Assembly: GCA_963748555.1 (NCBI GenBank) | Contig: CAVVJK010000005.1 | Location: 85,291 to 149,290, forward strand | From: an uncultured Acidobacteriaceae bacterium | Lineage (GTDB): Bacteria; Acidobacteriota; Terriglobia; Terriglobales; Acidobacteriaceae | Length of the DNA: 64,000 nt | Direction: 5' to 3' | In this document: positions 60,855 to 64,000 of the stretch, piece by piece | Layout of the letters: every line of letters starts with the position of its first letter | Numbering within the stretch: position 1 is the first letter of the stretch | The notes under the pieces: model-generated | The model's input: only the letters and a program-made list of their open reading frames with translations | Database searches by the model: none | What the model was told of the DNA's origin: nothing | Program-made: the position numbers and the translations under genes

Positions 60855-61935
60855 TTATCGTCCCAGTTTGAAGATGACATACACCTCCGTCTCCACCTCG
60901 ACCGGCTCACCTCCGAGCACGAAAGGCTTGAAACGCCATTCCGAACAGCCTCGGCCGCAGCCTTTATCAACGATGGCGACCCACTCATCGCGTGAAGCTC
61001 ATGGATGTGGCCGTAGGTGTCGATAGTCGCGTCAAAGACGACGATACCTTGATCGCCCCGGAGACTTCGCATCGACTGGGTATTCCGGTGGGACTTTCTT
61101 GATCGACTCTGGTTCGCTCTCAGAAGAGGTCAATCTGCAGCCGCTGAGTGACACGCACTGCATTCGCGGGCGGCGACATATCTTTTTCGTCCTGCGGGAC
61201 TGAGCTGTTTCCAAACGCTCTATGTGAACGGCCAGCGAAGGCCGGCCTGAAGAGGAGAATTTCTATTTCTTTTGCGAGGAAGTGACCTTCAAAGACAGGA
61301 AATGCGATCGAAGACTTATCTGGTCTGTACCGTTCGCGGTGTTGGAGTATCGGAGGATGTCCCTTGGCAGGATCGAAACAAAAGGACGCTGATTTTTCGT
61401 CAACTTTCTTCCCGCCGTGATAACTCAAGGCTGTGCAGGTGAGTTGCACTGTTCAAATTTCCGGACCAGATCGCGTTGCTCCTGGTCACCTAGCATGACC
61501 TGCGGAGGCACTGGCTGCACCAATGCCCGGTGCAGGAGCCGCAGCGGTCCGCTCGGCCAGCCAGCGTCCCCCGCGTGAAACACGCCACGGTCGGTGCCGT
61601 ATTCTTCCTGCGAGAATCCCGTGCCATGATATGCCAGCCTGTATTTCGTGTCGCTGATCCACCACTCTTCGAAGGTACCCCTTGTCCGTTAACTTACCAT
61701 TCGTGTCGAATACTTCGTAGGCGGCGCTTATATGCCACGGATGAACCCCGGGCCCTTGTAAGCCGTTCAGACTCCAACCTAGTTGCAGCCGTTGTCTTGG
61801 GTCGGCAGGAGTAGTCACATCGACGGGCACGCCGGGTGCTTGCACAGTTGGAACTGGGCTCGACTCCGGGTGAGAGTCAGCAGGGCTTTGTGGTGCGCTC
61901 AGCAATAGAGACAAACTAAGAGCCAGAGTCAACAT
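60855..61935 (-). pseudogene. Disrupted locus: signal-peptide protein ending in a TonB C-terminal domain; at least 4 frame changes. One gene versus two is unresolved.
   Basis: Signal peptide MLTLALSLSLLLSAPQSPA (61935). The text continues across frames (..NGKLTDKG | TFEEWWISDTKYRLAYHGTGFSQEEYGTDRGVF..). The TonB_C signature is spread over three frames: KKVPPEYPVDAKSPG | DQGIVVFDATIDTYGHIHELHAMSGSPSLIKAAAEAVRN | WRFKPFVLGGEPVEVETEVYVIFKLGR, with the stop at 60855-60857. Confidence 0.5.
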
Positions 61936-62048
61936 GCGTGATGGGGCCTCACGTACTGGAAGTCGTAAGCGAGAACCTGTTGGACAGGTCCTTGATTGAA
62001 ACGCAACAATTTTAGAAATAACTCATTACGCGAGCAGCAGGGGATTGC

Positions 62049-62573
62049 CTATTCACCGACCTGGTAGCCAAAGGTGAAGCGGCCAATCTGGATAACGGAT
62101 TTCTCGCCCGGCGGATAGATGCGAAACGACTCTACCCGCTTGATCGAATCGTTGCGTGTCGCCTCCACGGTTGCGACTGGCTTGCCAGTGGATGCCTCAT
62201 AGAATCGCACGGTCAGCGAGTCTTCCTGGTGTTGCCACCCCAGAACATATTGTCCTGGAACCAGGGTTACATCCCCGATTCGGAAAGGAGCCTGGGTCAG
62301 AAAGAAGTGCGAATACTTCCCCTCGGCCGAATAGCCAGCCGTAATCAACACCACGCCGAACACAAACCTTCCCTTGCCATCGGTGATCCCGGAGGCAGTT
62401 CGTAGCTCTGTTTCGATCCGTTCTTTCTCCACCGGCGCTCGCGGAGGGATCAGCGTCTTCAACTCCCGCTCCGTGGCCATGCGCCATCCGGCAGAGCGAG
62501 CCTCCTGGGCCGGAAGCGAAACACAAAACAAAACCATCAGCAGAACAAAACAGCGTCGTATCGTTTGATTCAC
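62049..62573 (-). CDS. Secreted hypothetical protein
   Basis: Intact 174-aa ORF with the signal peptide MNQTIRRCFVLLMVLFCVSLPAQEA. No family recognised. Confidence 0.5.
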   Translation of the reverse strand: MNQTIRRCFVLLMVLFCVSLPAQEARSAGWRMATERELKTLIPPRAPVEKERIETELRTASGITDGKGRFVFGVVLITAGYSAEGKYSHFFLTQAPFRIGDVTLVPGQYVLGWQHQEDSLTVRFYEASTGKPVATVEATRNDSIKRVESFRIYPPGEKSVIQIGRFTFGYQVGE

Positions 62574-62595
62574 AAGTTCCTGTTCTTCCCTGTAA

Positions 62596-63234
62596 CTAAT
62601 CCATGTGGACGATGCCGCGCTGCAACGCGGTCGTCGCCGCCTGCGTCCGGTCAGTGACGCCCAGCTTGCTCAGCAGGCTGTTGATGTGCGTCTTCACCGT
62701 CGCCTCTGAGATGTTCAGCACGTTGCCGATTTCCTTGTTGCTCATCCCTGCGACGATTTGCTTGAGCACGTCCAGTTCTCTCCCTGTGAGCGCGGGCCCG
62801 CCCATGCGTCCCGCAAGCCGCTCGGCCACAAACGCCGGGATCCGCGACTTGCCCGCGTGCACCGCGCGGATCGCTTCCATCAGTTCATCGCTGTCCATGC
62901 CCTTCAACAGGTATCCCCGCGCCCCGGCCTGCAACGCCCGGTAGATATCTTCATCGCCATCAAAGGTCGTGAGCACAATGATGCGCGCCGCTGGAAACTC
63001 CCGACGGATCTGCGTGATCGCCTCCACGCCATTCATCACCGGGAGTCGCAGGTCCATCAACGTGACATCCGGCTGGTGCTGCCGAAACAGCGCCACCGCC
63101 TGCTTTCCGTCCGATGCCTCGGCAACCACATCCAGAGTGGGCACTGTCTTGATCAGCGCCACCAGCCCCTGCCTTACCACGTGGTGATCATCCACCACTA
63201 GAATCCGAATGGCCTCGCTCATCCCTGTCCTCAC
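62596..63234 (-). CDS. NarL/FixJ-family response regulator (REC plus LuxR-type HTH)
   Basis: IRILVVDDHHVVRQGL...DVTLMDLRLPVMNG (phospho-acceptor context) and the C-terminal LTGRELDVLKQIVAGMSNKEIGNVLNISEATVKTHINSLLSKLGV. Confidence 0.9.
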   Translation of the reverse strand: MRTGMSEAIRILVVDDHHVVRQGLVALIKTVPTLDVVAEASDGKQAVALFRQHQPDVTLMDLRLPVMNGVEAITQIRREFPAARIIVLTTFDGDEDIYRALQAGARGYLLKGMDSDELMEAIRAVHAGKSRIPAFVAERLAGRMGGPALTGRELDVLKQIVAGMSNKEIGNVLNISEATVKTHINSLLSKLGVTDRTQAATTALQRGIVHMD

Positions 63235-63246
63235 CGTGGCTTGCTC

Positions 63247-64000
63247 TTACTCCAACGCCACTTCTACTGAAACCCGCGTACCTTTACCGGGCGCGCTGTC
63301 CAGAGTCAGCGTGCCGCCAATCTCCGCTGCCCGCTCGCGCATTCCCGTCAAGCCGAAGTGCCCGCCGGGACCGGTCGAATTCGGATGCGGCTGCCCCGAA
63401 AATCCGCAGCCGTCGTCCTGAATGGTCAACCGCAGTTGCCGTACCGCAAAACGCAGTTCCAGCGAAATATGCTGTGGATGCGCATGCCGCACGGCGTTTG
63501 TCACCGCTTCCTGCGCGATCCTCAACAACTCCGACTCTACTCTCGCAGGTAGGGGCCTATATGCGCCTCCAACTTTCGATTGAGTCTTGATGGAAGTCGA
63601 AGCGGTCGCCCGCGTCGCCATGGCCGAGAGCCGCGTCGCCAGGTCCTCGCCCTGCACACTCTGCGAACGCAGATCCCAGATCGAGCTCCGCGCCTCGGTC
63701 AAGCTGTTTCGCACCAGGATGCGCGCCTGGTCCAGGTGCTCCTTCGCCGACTCGGCCGAAGCGGTCATCAACCTCGAGACCAGCTCCAGTTGCACCGAAA
63801 TCCCCACGAGTCCCTGAGCCAGTGTGTCGTGAATCTCTCGCGCAATCCTGCCCCGCTCTGCTAGAACGGCGCTGAACTGCGACTCCACCCGCTGCAGTCT
63901 TCGCTGGTACCAGAGATAGCCCAGCAGCAGCAGCGAAATCAGGATCAGCAGGTCGAACAGGTAGGTCTGGTAGAAATGCGGGCGCAGCCGAAGTCCGATC
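63247..64000 (-). CDS. Sensor histidine kinase (HisKA_3 / NarX-DesK type); the 5' end lies outside the window
   Basis: H-box RIAREIHDTLAQGLVGISVQLE. ATPase N and G boxes (EAVTNAVRHA..., DDGCGF..., GHFGLTGMRERAAEIGG). The frame stays open to the window edge through a hydrophobic segment. Confidence 0.85.
   Translation of the reverse strand, partial: IGLRLRPHFYQTYLFDLLILISLLLLGYLWYQRRLQRVESQFSAVLAERGRIAREIHDTLAQGLVGISVQLELVSRLMTASAESAKEHLDQARILVRNSLTEARSSIWDLRSQSVQGEDLATRLSAMATRATASTSIKTQSKVGGAYRPLPARVESELLRIAQEAVTNAVRHAHPQHISLELRFAVRQLRLTIQDDGCGFSGQPHPNSTGPGGHFGLTGMRERAAEIGGTLTLDSAPGKGTRVSVEVALE

Noticed and set aside
416-61935. Programmed ribosomal frameshifting or transcriptional slippage as the explanation for the split genes
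   Set aside because: There are too many sites, in unrelated genes, with no shared slippery heptamer or downstream structure at the junctions I read. Several junctions are not in repeats at all.
1-64000. CRISPR arrays, IS elements, integrases, prophage genes, rRNA
   Set aside because: I looked for regular direct repeats with spacers, transposase or integrase motifs (DDE, tyrosine recombinase R..H..R..Y) and rRNA-like stretches, and found none. The window reads as core or metabolic chromosome rather than a mobile island.

Overview
High-GC (about 58-60% by eye, not computed) chromosomal segment. The gene content suggests Acidobacteriota (Terriglobia-like): an ADOP-type duplicated MacB/FtsX permease, DUF1501 plus a planctomycete-type cytochrome c protein, a BlaI/BlaR1 pair with a non-PBP repeat sensor, and many glycoside hydrolases. 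This taxon call is inference, since no search was run.

I can support about 50 protein-coding genes. I found no rRNA, tRNA, CRISPR array, transposase or integrase.

Gene order:
- DUF1501 fragment, a membrane cytochrome-c/LRR protein, and a Tat-exported beta-propeller
- EamA transporter, aldo/keto reductase, a secreted hydrolase-like protein
- a standalone SIR2_2 protein and the ADOP permease
- blaI-blaR1 plus a secreted repeat protein
- SDR, exonuclease III, a small zinc-ribbon protein
- Omp85 (BamA/TamA-like) plus TamB
- Dcp peptidase
- a uronate/xylan side-chain cluster: IdnD/IdnO-like dehydrogenases, a PD40/CxxCH protein, a TPR protein, GH67 AguA, ManD, AraC
- an ALO-type flavoenzyme, GT2, a CrtI-like oxidoreductase, an APC permease, GH36
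- guanine deaminase and an NCS2 purine permease
- an aromatic supraoperon: trpC-trpF-trpB-trpA, chorismate mutase, DAHP synthase, tyrA
- ArsB/NhaD permease, GH2, an orphan hydrogenase-maturation protease, an S15 peptidase
- a ferritin-like/VIT1 fusion, a decayed TonB_C locus, and a NarL-type two-component pair

The dominant sequence-level observation is about 33 reading-frame breaks, mostly single extra bases. They are clustered in blocks and affect about 20 genes, including housekeeping genes. As a result several long ORFs in the supplied track are chimeras.

Typing rule used below: genes with 1-2 breaks are listed as CDS with the break positions; genes with 3 or more breaks are listed as pseudogene. 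In both cases sequencing error is a live alternative.

I do not see a compelling multi-gene novel system. The best leads are:
- the BlaI/BlaR1 module, whose sensor domain and neighbouring secreted protein share a 28-29 aa repeat
- the sensor-less SIR2_2 gene
- the orphan A31 protease with a long upstream region
- an unassigned, hairpin-rich 590-bp intergenic region with a minus-strand terminator
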